IMG/VR virus record: IMGVR_UViG_3300045283_000155
Location: 1 to 50,458 of that record
DNA: 50,458 nucleotides
Direction: 5' to 3' (one strand)
From: a virus
Lineage: Duplodnaviria > Caudoviricetes
This document shows positions 37,459 to 46,456 of the stretch, piece after piece (position 1 is the stretch's first letter; the number at the start of each line of letters is the position of its first letter). The notes beneath the pieces are model-generated. The model was not told where the DNA came from. It saw only the letters and a list, made by a program, of their open reading frames with translations, and searched no databases. The position numbers and the translations under genes are program-made.

Positions 37459-37738
37459 AGGAAGTGTTTGTGTGACGTCAGTTCTTGACCGTGCGAAGCA
37501 ATTCATCGACGACGTGATTCGGATCAACGAGGAACACGGTATGCGGACGGTCATCTCAGAAGAGACCTATAACGAGGCCGTCCGCTCGGCCGCGAATGCA
37601 TACAAGCGGCTGAACCGTTCGGCGTCCGCCGAGCAACATTGGCGCGGATTTCCCGCGCAACCCTGACACGTTCGCCGAACGGTCCAACTCGCAGTCTAAC
37701 CCTAGGAAGTGTTTGTGTGACGTCAGTTCTTGACCGTG
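37459..37738 (+). repeat. Perfect 35-bp direct repeat (37459-37493 and 37704-37738)
   Basis: AGGAAGTGTTTGTGTGACGTCAGTTCTTGACCGTG, covering RBS and first 7 codons of two genes. Confidence 0.95.
37472..37666 (+). CDS. Hypothetical protein
   Basis: Starts MTSVLDR inside the first repeat copy. Confidence 0.55.
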   Translation: MTSVLDRAKQFIDDVIRINEEHGMRTVISEETYNEAVRSAANAYKRLNRSASAEQHWRGFPAQP

Positions 37739-37941
37739 TCCCGGTCAGCCGAATCACCACCCAAGCGAAACAGGTCCACGCCGGCCGCACCGCGTTGACC
37801 CTCATCGCTGGGCTGTTCTTTGTGCTGGGCTGGGTGACGTTCAAGACGTTCGCTGTGCTGTGGTTGGCGATCGTATGGTGCGCGGTGGCGTGCCGTGAGG
37901 GTTGGCGGGAAGCGAAGAAACCGAGGCGTCCGCATGCCTGA
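37717..37941 (+). CDS. Small membrane protein upstream of portal
   Basis: Starts MTSVLDR inside the second copy; hydrophobic core. Confidence 0.65.
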   Translation: MTSVLDRVPVSRITTQAKQVHAGRTALTLIAGLFFVLGWVTFKTFAVLWLAIVWCAVACREGWREAKKPRRPHA

Positions 37942-38137
37942 TCTGCCAACGCATAAGGAGCTTCCACGCGACGTCAACGTGGCGCTCCATGTCGACTTGG
38001 ATGCGGCGGCAGCCTCGGGCGATGCCTACGCGTTGGCTCTTGGCCGGATGATTCAGGCCTCGGTTCGCGTGTTCCTCGACAAGGAGGCTGGCCCGGGCTC
38101 CCATTGCGGGTTGCCGGAGGAGCCACACCAGCTATGA
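37934..38137 (+). CDS. Hypothetical protein
   Basis: Overlap chain. Confidence 0.45.
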   Translation: MPDLPTHKELPRDVNVALHVDLDAAAASGDAYALALGRMIQASVRVFLDKEAGPGSHCGLPEEPHQL

Positions 38138-38460
38138 CTCGATATCTGGTGGACATCGACGAAGAACTCTTAACAGAGCAGCCGTCCTTAGATTTTCCTG
38201 CCGACTGGCGAATCGTCGAAATTGGCCCCGGGGTGGGGCCTCACCTTCGACGATGTGTCGTTGAGGACGGCAGTGCCCCGGCTGAGCTTGAAGGGCACCT
38301 CATCGACCCGACGATGCAGCGCGGCGCCGACGGCACCGTCAAAGTCGTATCTAGGACAGACCGCGGGTTCAGCGTCCCCATCAACTGGAAACCCGGCCAA
38401 GTTGAGCACATTCGGGCGTTACTCCGAGAGGCTGCTGATGGGGCTGTTGGAGCGGGTTAA
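38134..38460 (+). CDS. Hypothetical protein
   Basis: GGAGG RBS; ATGA-coupled. Confidence 0.5.
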   Translation: MTRYLVDIDEELLTEQPSLDFPADWRIVEIGPGVGPHLRRCVVEDGSAPAELEGHLIDPTMQRGADGTVKVVSRTDRGFSVPINWKPGQVEHIRALLREAADGAVGAG

Positions 38461-39820
38461 CACCCAGGTCGGCCCAGTCGCCGGACGGCCCCTCAACCTG
38501 TCCCTGGACGAATACGCGTCCTGGTTCTCGTATGGGGGCGCGAACTATCCGCTGCTGCAAACCACCTACAGCGGCATCGATCAGGAACGGATCGCGTGGA
38601 CCGCTGACGCGGCAGCGAAACGTTCCGGCCCGGTGTTCGCGTTGGTGTTGGCGCGGATGCAGGTTTTTTCACAGATCCGCTTTCAATGGACGATGTTCTC
38701 CGGTGCGCAGCCGGGGGACTTGTTCGGCACCCGCGATTTGAAGGTCCTCGAAAACCCGTGGCCAGGTGGGGTAACCGCCGACCTACTTGCCCGCATGGAA
38801 TGGGACGCCTCCGCCTCCGGGCAGGCATACATCAGGCGGAACGCCAACACCCTCCACCGCCTGTATCCGGCGTGGGTGACCATCGCGATGGGCTCACAGG
38901 AGGACGCCGAATCACCCTGGACCGCACCGGACACCACCGTAGCCGGCTATCTGTGGAACCCGCCCAGCGGTAAAGCCCGGTTCTTCACCCCAGAACAAAT
39001 CTGCCACTACGCACCGATCCCCGACCCTGACCGGCATTTCCTCGGCCAATCATGGATCACACCCGTGTTGCGCGAGTTGCAGGGCGATCAGGCGTCAACG
39101 GAGCACAAGTACCGGTTTTTTGAGAACGCAGCGACTCCGAACCTGGCGATCAAGTTCGACCCGTCCATCGGTGTCGACATGGTCCGCCAATTCAAAGAAC
39201 TGTTGGAGACGGAGTACCGCGGCGTCGCCAACGCCTACAAAACGATGTTCCTCGGTGGCGGCGCTGATCCGGTAACGATCGGATCCACGTTCAAAGACAT
39301 GGACTACGCCGTCGTGCAGGGCCGCGCCGAGTCCAGGTTGGCCGCAGCAGCCGGTGTCCCCCCGTCGTGGGTCGGGTTCGCTGAGGGCCTAGAAGGCAGC
39401 GCCCTTAACGCTGGCAACTTTGGTGCAGCGCGGCGTCGGTTCTCTGACGGGACGATGGCCCATTTGTGGGGTAACGCGTCGTCCTCGTTGCAGCAGATCA
39501 TGCAAACCCCGCCCGGCGCCTCCCTCTGGTATGACGACCGGATCCCGTTCATGCGGGAAGACGCCTCCGACATTGCTGCTATCCAAACAGCTGAAGCAGC
39601 GGTTATCGCGTCACTGATCCGTGAGGGCTTCGAACCGCCTTCAGTTGTGAAAGCCGTCAAAAACAATGACTGGACAGCGTTGAAGCATTCCGGCCTGCTC
39701 AGTGTGCAGCTGCAACCACCGGGCTCGGCAACTAAACAACTAGACCCGGGGATGCCTGATCCGATGAAGATGCCCGACATGGCGGGAGCCAACGGGAACG
39801 GGAATGGGGCACGTAAATGA
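38438..39820 (+). CDS. Portal protein (HK97-like)
   Basis: FLGQSWI, FFENAATP, NAYKTMFL, AAAAGVPP. Confidence 0.9.
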   Translation: MGLLERVNTQVGPVAGRPLNLSLDEYASWFSYGGANYPLLQTTYSGIDQERIAWTADAAAKRSGPVFALVLARMQVFSQIRFQWTMFSGAQPGDLFGTRDLKVLENPWPGGVTADLLARMEWDASASGQAYIRRNANTLHRLYPAWVTIAMGSQEDAESPWTAPDTTVAGYLWNPPSGKARFFTPEQICHYAPIPDPDRHFLGQSWITPVLRELQGDQASTEHKYRFFENAATPNLAIKFDPSIGVDMVRQFKELLETEYRGVANAYKTMFLGGGADPVTIGSTFKDMDYAVVQGRAESRLAAAAGVPPSWVGFAEGLEGSALNAGNFGAARRRFSDGTMAHLWGNASSSLQQIMQTPPGASLWYDDRIPFMREDASDIAAIQTAEAAVIASLIREGFEPPSVVKAVKNNDWTALKHSGLLSVQLQPPGSATKQLDPGMPDPMKMPDMAGANGNGNGARK

Positions 39821-42165
39821 CGGCACGGCGCGAGCGTGACGGCCAGGGCTGGTACCGGATCACCAACCTAGATGGCGGTCCGTCACAAATCCTGATCTAC
39901 GACGAGATCGGGTTTTGGGGAGTGACTGCGCAACAGTTTCTCCACGATCTGGGGGCGGTGAACGGCCCCGTCGATGTGCACATCAACAGCCCCGGCGGCG
40001 ACGTCTTCGACGCCTATGCCATCTACAACGCTCTGGTTGCCCGACCCGGGGTGACCACGGTGGTGGATTCGTTGGCCGCGTCGGCCGCCTCGGTGATCGC
40101 GATGGCGGGTGAACAACGGTTGATGGCCCGCACCTCCCAGATGATGATCCACGACGCGTTCGCTGTCGCCGAGGGCGGTGGTAAGGACCTACGGCATATG
40201 GCTGACCGGCTCGACACTGTGTCGGGGCAGATCGCCGGCGTGTACGCGGACACCGCCGGCGGGCAGCCCGACTATTGGCGTGGGCTCATGTCCGCGGAAA
40301 CGTGGTTCACCCCGCAACAGGCTTTCGAGGCCGGTTTGATTACTGGTATCACCGGGGCCGCGCGAGAACCCGCGGCCGCTGCTACAGCCTCAGCCCCCCA
40401 TCCACGTGGGGGGCTTCTTAACGCCAACACGTCGATCCAGCCGACCGGTTGGGATCCGGACGGCGACGGCGACGACGACTCCGCCCCCCAGACGGATACC
40501 GACAACTCCCACTGGGATGCGGACGGGAACCAAACCAAATCAGTGCCAGGTCGGCCGATGCCGGGGCAGCCCCCCATCGAGCAGCCAACACCCAACAACC
40601 AAGCAAGTGCGGCGCCTGCGCCCGCAAACAACGGAAAGGGAAACCCCATGCCAGATGATCTGGGCGCGCTGACCATCGAAGGCCGCCGCACCCGCATCCC
40701 CGAAATCACCAACGAGCTGAGCGACATCGCCGGTCGGTGGCCGGCGTCGGTGTTGCCTGCCGACATTCAGGCGAAGTGGAACGACCTCGTGAAGGAGCGT
40801 CGGGAGCATCAGGAGGCGTTGGATGCGGTTGATGCCCGTAACGCGATCCTCGCGGAGCATTACGCCGCCAACCCGAACACCCACGATGTATCACTGACCC
40901 CCGGCGTGGACAACGGCCCCGCGCCGGGCACCTCGAACGCTAACGGCCGGCAGTCCTTCGGTGCCCCGAACGTGCACATCCGCGGTGACATTTACAACCT
41001 GGGTGCGATCCGGCAGCAGGCCAGCAACGAGGAGCAGCTACCCGGCCTGTACCGGGACTACGCGATGCGGGCCATCGAGGAGCACACATTCCCCGGCGCC
41101 ACCAAACTTGGTTCCAGCCGGGAAACGATGCAGGCCAACTGCGAGAAGCAGCTATACGTCACCGACGACACAACCGGCTGGGTCGCGCGGCGGATCCTCG
41201 CCACCGGCTCACCTGATTATCTGCGGGCCTACACCGCTGCGCTGAAATCGGGCAGGGCGCCAGGCGGGCGAGACGGCGAAATCCTGAACTTGGGTGAGTC
41301 CGACTCGGGTTCGTTCGCGGTTCCGTTCCAACTGGACCCGACCGTGATCCTCGTGTCGAACGGGGCGATCAACCCGCTGCGGCAGATCAGCCGGGTAGAG
41401 CAGATCACCGGGAAAGAATTCGACCTTGTCACCTCCACCGGTGTCACTGTGTCCCGTAAGGCGGAGTTCGCGCCTGAAACTTCCGTCGCACCGACCCTCC
41501 TGCAGCCCACGTTGCAGCCCAAACGCGTGTCGGCGTGGATCCCGTTCTCCGTCGAGTTGGAAGGCGACTGGTCCGGTCTGCAGGCGTCGATGATGGCACT
41601 GCTGAGTGACGCGAAAGACGTGGAAGAGTCGAACTCGTTCACGTTGGGCGCGGGTACTGGTGTGACCGCGGGTGGTGTCGTCACCCTCCAGTCAGGTGGT
41701 TCCCTCGTAACGTTGACCGGCGGCGTCTCAACCCTGTCGTTCAAAGACCCGGAAACACTCGAATCGGCGATGGCCCCCCGGTTCCGTGTAGCCGCCTCCT
41801 ATCTGGCATCGAAAACCACCTACAACAAATATCGGAACCTGTTCGCTGCGCAGACCGGATTCGCGACCGACCCGTGGAACCGGCCCACCCTCGGCCAGCC
41901 CCGCGAACTTTGGGGATACCCCGCGTACGAAGACTCCGACATGGTCGCCACCAACGTCACCGGCGACAAAGTCCTGTTGATGGGCGACTTCGGCCACGGC
42001 TTCCTCATCGTTGACCGTGTTGGGATGAATGTTGAGCTTGTCCCGACCGTCTTCGGCGCGGCCCAGGGCCAGTTCCCGACCGGTACCCGCGGTTACTTCG
42101 CTTGGTGGAGAAATAACTCGACTGTCCTGATCCTGAACGCGTTCCGTCTCGGCGTCGTCGGCTAG
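39817..42165 (+). CDS. ClpP-type prohead protease fused to HK97-fold major capsid protein
   Basis: IYDEIG, INSPGGDV, SAAS, MMIH, ETWF; capsid motifs GSFAVP..LDPTVI, LWGYP, GDFG, IVDRVG. Confidence 0.92.
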   Translation: MTARRERDGQGWYRITNLDGGPSQILIYDEIGFWGVTAQQFLHDLGAVNGPVDVHINSPGGDVFDAYAIYNALVARPGVTTVVDSLAASAASVIAMAGEQRLMARTSQMMIHDAFAVAEGGGKDLRHMADRLDTVSGQIAGVYADTAGGQPDYWRGLMSAETWFTPQQAFEAGLITGITGAAREPAAAATASAPHPRGGLLNANTSIQPTGWDPDGDGDDDSAPQTDTDNSHWDADGNQTKSVPGRPMPGQPPIEQPTPNNQASAAPAPANNGKGNPMPDDLGALTIEGRRTRIPEITNELSDIAGRWPASVLPADIQAKWNDLVKERREHQEALDAVDARNAILAEHYAANPNTHDVSLTPGVDNGPAPGTSNANGRQSFGAPNVHIRGDIYNLGAIRQQASNEEQLPGLYRDYAMRAIEEHTFPGATKLGSSRETMQANCEKQLYVTDDTTGWVARRILATGSPDYLRAYTAALKSGRAPGGRDGEILNLGESDSGSFAVPFQLDPTVILVSNGAINPLRQISRVEQITGKEFDLVTSTGVTVSRKAEFAPETSVAPTLLQPTLQPKRVSAWIPFSVELEGDWSGLQASMMALLSDAKDVEESNSFTLGAGTGVTAGGVVTLQSGGSLVTLTGGVSTLSFKDPETLESAMAPRFRVAASYLASKTTYNKYRNLFAAQTGFATDPWNRPTLGQPRELWGYPAYEDSDMVATNVTGDKVLLMGDFGHGFLIVDRVGMNVELVPTVFGAAQGQFPTGTRGYFAWWRNNSTVLILNAFRLGVVG

Positions 42166-42176
42166 TCCACATACGG

Positions 42177-42210
42177 AGCGGGGGCCGAACCCCTCCCCGG
42201 CCCCCCGCTT
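42177..42210 (+). terminator. Hairpin after capsid gene
   Basis: AGCGGGGGCCG...CGGCCCCCCGCT with one bulge; short U tail. Confidence 0.5.
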
Positions 42211-42232
42211 CACCCAAACGAAAGGCAGGCCG

Positions 42233-42451
42233 ATGGCCGCTGACGACATTCTCATCGCAGTCGAATCGGTCCTCACCGAAGTCGACGGCGAAAACGTGTA
42301 CATCACCGAAGGGGACCTCGCTGAGGCAGGTGCCGCGATCGTCAAAGGCCGGGAGCATCTGTTCGAACCCATCACGGTCAAATACAAGGCGGAAACCGCT
42401 GCGCACAAGAAGGCGCAGGCGGCCGCCGACAAGGCCGCCGACAAGGGGTGA
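42233..42451 (+). CDS. Small head-associated protein
   Basis: GAAAGG RBS; position after capsid. Confidence 0.6.
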   Translation: MAADDILIAVESVLTEVDGENVYITEGDLAEAGAAIVKGREHLFEPITVKYKAETAAHKKAQAAADKAADKG

Positions 42452-42454
42452 CCT

Positions 42455-42745
42455 GTGGCTGCCTTTACCGTTAACCGGGCTAAACACGCCACCCTGGGTG
42501 TGTCGACAGTTGACACGGTCACGTTCCCGTCGTTCGGCACGTTCCCGTACATCAACCTGTATTTGACGAACCGTGACCCCACCACGCCCATCTTTTTCAC
42601 GATGGACGGGTCGACGCCGACCGTCAACGGGGATGATTGTTACTGCTGCGCGCCCGGTCAGGTCATGATGGTCGGATTCTCCCAAGGCGGCGCGGTGAAA
42701 CTGATCTCGGGTGCCGCAGCGGCGTACAGCATTCAGGCGAGGTGA
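42455..42745 (+). CDS. Possible capsid decoration/spike-base protein
   Basis: Small beta protein, IFFTMDGSTPT; position. Confidence 0.45.
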   Translation: MAAFTVNRAKHATLGVSTVDTVTFPSFGTFPYINLYLTNRDPTTPIFFTMDGSTPTVNGDDCYCCAPGQVMMVGFSQGGAVKLISGAAAAYSIQAR

Positions 42746-42978
42746 ACCTCAAAAAAGGGGTTGTCTCGCGAGAAGTTCCCGTCAGAGGCGAGTTTCCTCA
42801 TGGCTGGACGATCTTTGACTTCCGTGTGGAGTTAGACCAGTTGTCTCGCATACCTACGGAGCAACGCACCGAAGCTGAGGCTCATCGGTGGTGGCAACTC
42901 ACCGAGTGGTTCAAACCCGAGGTAGGAGGGCTAGCCGTATGGCGATCGTCACGCTCGCCGAAGCCCGCGCCCAACTGA
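42742..42978 (+). CDS. Hypothetical protein
   Basis: GTGA-coupled insert in the head-tail region. Confidence 0.35.
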   Translation: MNLKKGVVSREVPVRGEFPHGWTIFDFRVELDQLSRIPTEQRTEAEAHRWWQLTEWFKPEVGGLAVWRSSRSPKPAPN

Positions 42979-43514
42979 ACTACGCCGACGACGACATCGC
43001 CGACGACACCGAAATTCAAGCCTACGTCGACATGATCACCTCCGTCGTGGAGGACTACAAAGGCGAAACCATCGAAGTAGTGTCGATCGTTGACGAGCTG
43101 GAGATTTGGCCCACCTACTGGTGGCAGTACAGCAAATTCCGGTTATGGTCACCGCCGGTCATCTCCCTGACCTCGGTCGTGTCGTGGGACGGGGCTATCA
43201 CTTGGAACGTCGCTGATATGCGGGTCGCCCAATCGGCGTCAGGGTTAGTGCGGATCATGCGCGGCCCGGCCGTGACAGGACTCGTCAACGTCACCTACCA
43301 AGCCGGTTACGCCGTTGTTCCAGCCCGGTACAAACGGGGAGCCTTGTTGATCCTGCAGCATTTGTGGGAGACGCAACGCGGTGTCGGCCTCGGCGCCGGC
43401 GGGGTCGTCGGCCTCGAGGAATTACACGAACGTGGCCTAGGTGGTCCCACGATGGGGTTCTACACCCGCAAAGCGATGGAAGCGTTAGGCGCCGGCCGCC
43501 CGGTGGTGGCCTAA
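42939..43514 (+). CDS. Head-tail adaptor
   Basis: IVTLAEARAQLN, VTYQAGY..VP, HLWETQRG. Confidence 0.85.
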   Translation: MAIVTLAEARAQLNYADDDIADDTEIQAYVDMITSVVEDYKGETIEVVSIVDELEIWPTYWWQYSKFRLWSPPVISLTSVVSWDGAITWNVADMRVAQSASGLVRIMRGPAVTGLVNVTYQAGYAVVPARYKRGALLILQHLWETQRGVGLGAGGVVGLEELHERGLGGPTMGFYTRKAMEALGAGRPVVA

Positions 43515-43973
43515 ATGGCCTGGGGCACCACCGTTTCCGCTGTGAAAGCCGCACTCGCCTCAATTTTCGATGCGGCCCTTGACGTCACAGTGATGCAAAG
43601 CCGCGGCATCAGCTCGACAGCTAAACGTGACCTCCTCGTCGTCGGTTACCAATCCGAGGATGTGCCAGCTGTTGAGGGCCGGTTCACCGTCGAGATTATG
43701 GGCGCCAACCCGCTACGAGATCAGTACGTGGTCCACAACCGGATCATGGTCGCCAGAGGCTCCGGCGACATTCTGAAAGCCGAGGCGCGGGCGTTCGCCA
43801 TCCTCGCCGCCGCTGGGTCCACGCTTGCCGGGAACCCGCGGCTAAACAACACACCCAGTGTTCTGATCGCTTCGCTCGGCGCATATTCGCTTGTGCCGGC
43901 GCAGACATCGGGCGGCGGTGCGCAGGTCACTCTCCAATTCGACGTCGAAATTGATGCTTACACCACCGTCTGA
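43515..43973 (+). CDS. Head-tail completion / tail terminator-like protein
   Basis: Position and size. Confidence 0.55.
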   Translation: MAWGTTVSAVKAALASIFDAALDVTVMQSRGISSTAKRDLLVVGYQSEDVPAVEGRFTVEIMGANPLRDQYVVHNRIMVARGSGDILKAEARAFAILAAAGSTLAGNPRLNNTPSVLIASLGAYSLVPAQTSGGGAQVTLQFDVEIDAYTTV

Positions 43974-43985
43974 AAGGGCCTTCTC

Positions 43986-44324
43986 ATGGCGTTACTTACC
44001 GCGCAGCTCGTAACCCAGGCTGGGCCCGCGACCGTATACACCGCGGTCAACGCGTCGGACACGTTCGTCCCCAGCGACAACACATTCCTAGATATCAAAA
44101 CGACCGGCACCACGATCACCGTCACCGTTGCAAGCCCAGCCACATCCACCTGCAACATGGGTGTCGCCGGCGCAAGCCACAACCTAGTCCTGTCAGCTAC
44201 CGGCACTGCGCAGTACAAGATGGGGCCCTTTCCGGTGGCCCGGTTCGCGGACCCGGTTACAGGGCTAGCAACCGTCACATATTCCCCGACGACCGGCTGC
44301 ACCGCAGCGCTGTGCCAGTTCTAG
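43986..44324 (+). CDS. Virion structural protein
   Basis: GAAAGG RBS; MGPFP..F....G...VTYS. Confidence 0.55.
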   Translation: MALLTAQLVTQAGPATVYTAVNASDTFVPSDNTFLDIKTTGTTITVTVASPATSTCNMGVAGASHNLVLSATGTAQYKMGPFPVARFADPVTGLATVTYSPTTGCTAALCQF

Positions 44325-44334
44325 GGAGGCACCG

Positions 44335-44691
44335 ATGACTGATGACGAAATGATTTGGGTGGACAACCCCAACCTGCCGGGGCAACGCGTCTACACGTCC
44401 CGTGGGTCGTTGGCGCACCTCGGACGGTCCGGTTGGCAGGAAGGCCCAGCCGAACTCGAACCGTCCCCAGACGAACTTGACGCGGAACTGCTCGCCGCCG
44501 CTGGTTACGGCCCGGAACCTGAACCGGAACCGGTTGACTACACCGGCTGGTTGAAAGCTGATCTGGTTGCTGAGGCTGAGTCGCGTGGGTTGGACACCAC
44601 CGGCACGAAAGATGATCTGATCGGCCGCCTCGACGGCAACGACGTGACCGCAACCGAACCCGACCAACCCGCCGAAGAATCCGCCTCGTAG
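44335..44691 (+). CDS. Acidic protein with SAP/HeH-like motif
   Basis: KADLVAEAESRGLDTTGTKDDLIGRL. Confidence 0.7.
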   Translation: MTDDEMIWVDNPNLPGQRVYTSRGSLAHLGRSGWQEGPAELEPSPDELDAELLAAAGYGPEPEPEPVDYTGWLKADLVAEAESRGLDTTGTKDDLIGRLDGNDVTATEPDQPAEESAS

Positions 44692-44700
44692 GAGACCAGC

Positions 44701-45189
44701 ATGGTTGCAACACCCATCGCACTACCCACTGTCTACGTGCCGGTTTCCATCCGGCACATCTGCTGGTACCCGGCGGTCGCCAACATTTCGTCGGTGACCC
44801 GCGCTGAAATCAACGCTGGCACCGACCTGACCGGAGCTATCCCCTCTGACGGGGTGAAAGGGTTCACGGTGGCCGCGGATTTCGCGGACGTCGCCACCTA
44901 CGCCGGTGGGTTGACCGCGAAAGTCTCCAAAAACACTCTCGCCGCGGCCACCTCATCGCTGGACTTCCTCATGTCGTTGACGTCCTCCGATGTGCGTACC
45001 CTGCTGACCCGCGGCCTGTCCGGGTTTATCGGGATGCAATGGGAAGGTGACGTCCCCGCGCGGAAGCAGACCGTGTTTTCGGTGACGGTCGCGTCGCAGT
45101 CACCGCAACCAGACGGCGGCAACCCGGCGCGGATCACGATCGAGTTCGCCCTGTTGGCGTTCAACGAGATGCAGGCCATCCCAGCCTGA
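44701..45189 (+). CDS. Major tail (tube) protein
   Basis: PAVANIS..TRAEINAGTDLT, actinophage tube pattern. Confidence 0.8.
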   Translation: MVATPIALPTVYVPVSIRHICWYPAVANISSVTRAEINAGTDLTGAIPSDGVKGFTVAADFADVATYAGGLTAKVSKNTLAAATSSLDFLMSLTSSDVRTLLTRGLSGFIGMQWEGDVPARKQTVFSVTVASQSPQPDGGNPARITIEFALLAFNEMQAIPA

Positions 45190-45617
45190 TGGCCGCTGGA
45201 ATCGAATTCAAGGTCGACACGACCGACGCGCAACGACTGTCATCCGATCTGCGGACCGCCGCCGGTCGGCTACCGGACGCGTTACGTCGTGGGGTGCGGG
45301 CCGCCGCTGAACCGGTCGCCGCCGGTATTCGGGCTGAGGCAGCATGGTCGACCAGGATCCCGGGCGCCGTTTCCGTCCGCGTCGAAGGTAACGCGGCAGT
45401 AGTGTCCATCGACTCGAGGATCGCACCGGAAGCGGGGCCGCTCAACAACCGCGGCCAAGCCGGCACATTCACCCACCCCGTCTACGGCAACGACTGGACC
45501 GTTGAGCAGCAGGCCCGCCCGTTCCTCGTCGAAGGTGCGCTCCGGGGGCAGGCTGAGGCTGACCGGCGGGTAGCTGCGATGCTCACCCAATGGGAACGGA
45601 ACGCCGGATTCAAATGA
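45189..45617 (+). CDS. HK97 gp10-like tail completion protein
   Basis: WSTRIPGA, FTHPVYGN..W..Q.ARPFL. Confidence 0.7.
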   Translation: MAAGIEFKVDTTDAQRLSSDLRTAAGRLPDALRRGVRAAAEPVAAGIRAEAAWSTRIPGAVSVRVEGNAAVVSIDSRIAPEAGPLNNRGQAGTFTHPVYGNDWTVEQQARPFLVEGALRGQAEADRRVAAMLTQWERNAGFK

Positions 45618-45627
45618 TGGGACTCGG

Positions 45628-45930
45628 ATGCTCGTAAATGTGATCTATTACGAGGAGAAGTGGGACAACTGGGATTGGGAGGAACTCAGCGTTCAGGAGA
45701 TGCTTCTGATCGAGGAGGAAACCGGGTTCGCCCGCATCCAAGGCCCCGACTCGCTTCTCGCCTCCGCCTACGCACACGAAGCTAGAGGCGCGCAGGCGCT
45801 GATTTGGTGGCTACGCGGTCATAAAGGCCACTCGAGGGCGTTGGGTGAGTTGAAACCGGGGAAGCTGCGGATTGAGCTGGTCCCGGAGGACCCTTTCGAG
45901 GAGAGTTCCGAGGAGACCGAGACCGACTGA
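45628..45930 (+). CDS. Tail assembly chaperone (gpG-like)
   Basis: Between tail tube and tape measure; slippery site near its end. Confidence 0.7.
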   Translation: MLVNVIYYEEKWDNWDWEELSVQEMLLIEEETGFARIQGPDSLLASAYAHEARGAQALIWWLRGHKGHSRALGELKPGKLRIELVPEDPFEESSEETETD

Positions 45931-46049
45931 TCAAAATGTTCGCCGAGAAGTATCACTGGCTACCGCATCAGGTTGATCAACTCACCTACTACGATGTTCA
46001 GGTGTTACTCGGGACGACCGACGGGGTTGTCACCGAACCAGCGGGCTAG
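45891..46049 (+). other. -1 frameshift site C CCT TTC (45891-45897) and gpGT-like extension to 46049
   Basis: XXXYYYZ heptamer in the correct phase; -1 frame encodes KYHWLPHQVDQLT. Confidence 0.8.
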
Positions 46050-46145
46050 CCAATCGTTCGGTACTACACCGAGCAGGATGAAGCCTAGGAATGCGCAGCT
46101 GAGCACGATGATGAAGCTCCAAAACAGGTACGGGGCGATGATCAT
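46005..46145 (-). CDS. 46-aa membrane protein
   Basis: ATGA-coupled to the PadR gene; one hydrophobic helix; read by hand. Confidence 0.55.
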   Translation of the reverse strand: MIIAPYLFWSFIIVLSCAFLGFILLGVVPNDWLARWFGDNPVGRPE

Positions 46146-46396
46146 TGGTGGTTTCCTCCGAGTTCACGTTGACCGAGGTCGGTTAGTTCGTAGTACCGCC
46201 GAGGCGGTCGCCCAGCGGGGCGTTCGTCTTCCCAGCCATCGCTAAGCCAGCCAGCGGCAAGCAGACGATGCAGGATCGGATACAGCACTCCCGAACGCAT
46301 GCCCGTCTGTTTGGTGAGGTCGTAGCCATAGTGCCGAGCGGCCGGGGACGCCATGAGCGTTACCGCAACTCGCTGTAACGCCGGGGTCCGTCTCAC
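46142..46396 (-). CDS. PadR-family winged-helix regulator
   Basis: YGYDL..SGVLYPILHRL...GWL...WE..RPPRRYYELT..G. Confidence 0.9.
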   Translation of the reverse strand: MRRTPALQRVAVTLMASPAARHYGYDLTKQTGMRSGVLYPILHRLLAAGWLSDGWEDERPAGRPPRRYYELTDLGQRELGGNHQ

Positions 46397-46402
46397 ACCA
46401 CG

Positions 46403-46440
46403 ACCCTACATAGGTAGCTGCCCTATGTCAACATAGGTAG
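46403..46440 (-). promoter_or_regulatory. Promoter TTGACA-N17-TAGGGT with operator-like repeats
   Basis: GTG 6 nt below the -10 box; CCTATG-TCAA-CATAGG palindrome; ACATAGGTAG twice. Confidence 0.8.
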
Positions 46441-46456
46441 AGGACTGGAGGGTGTA

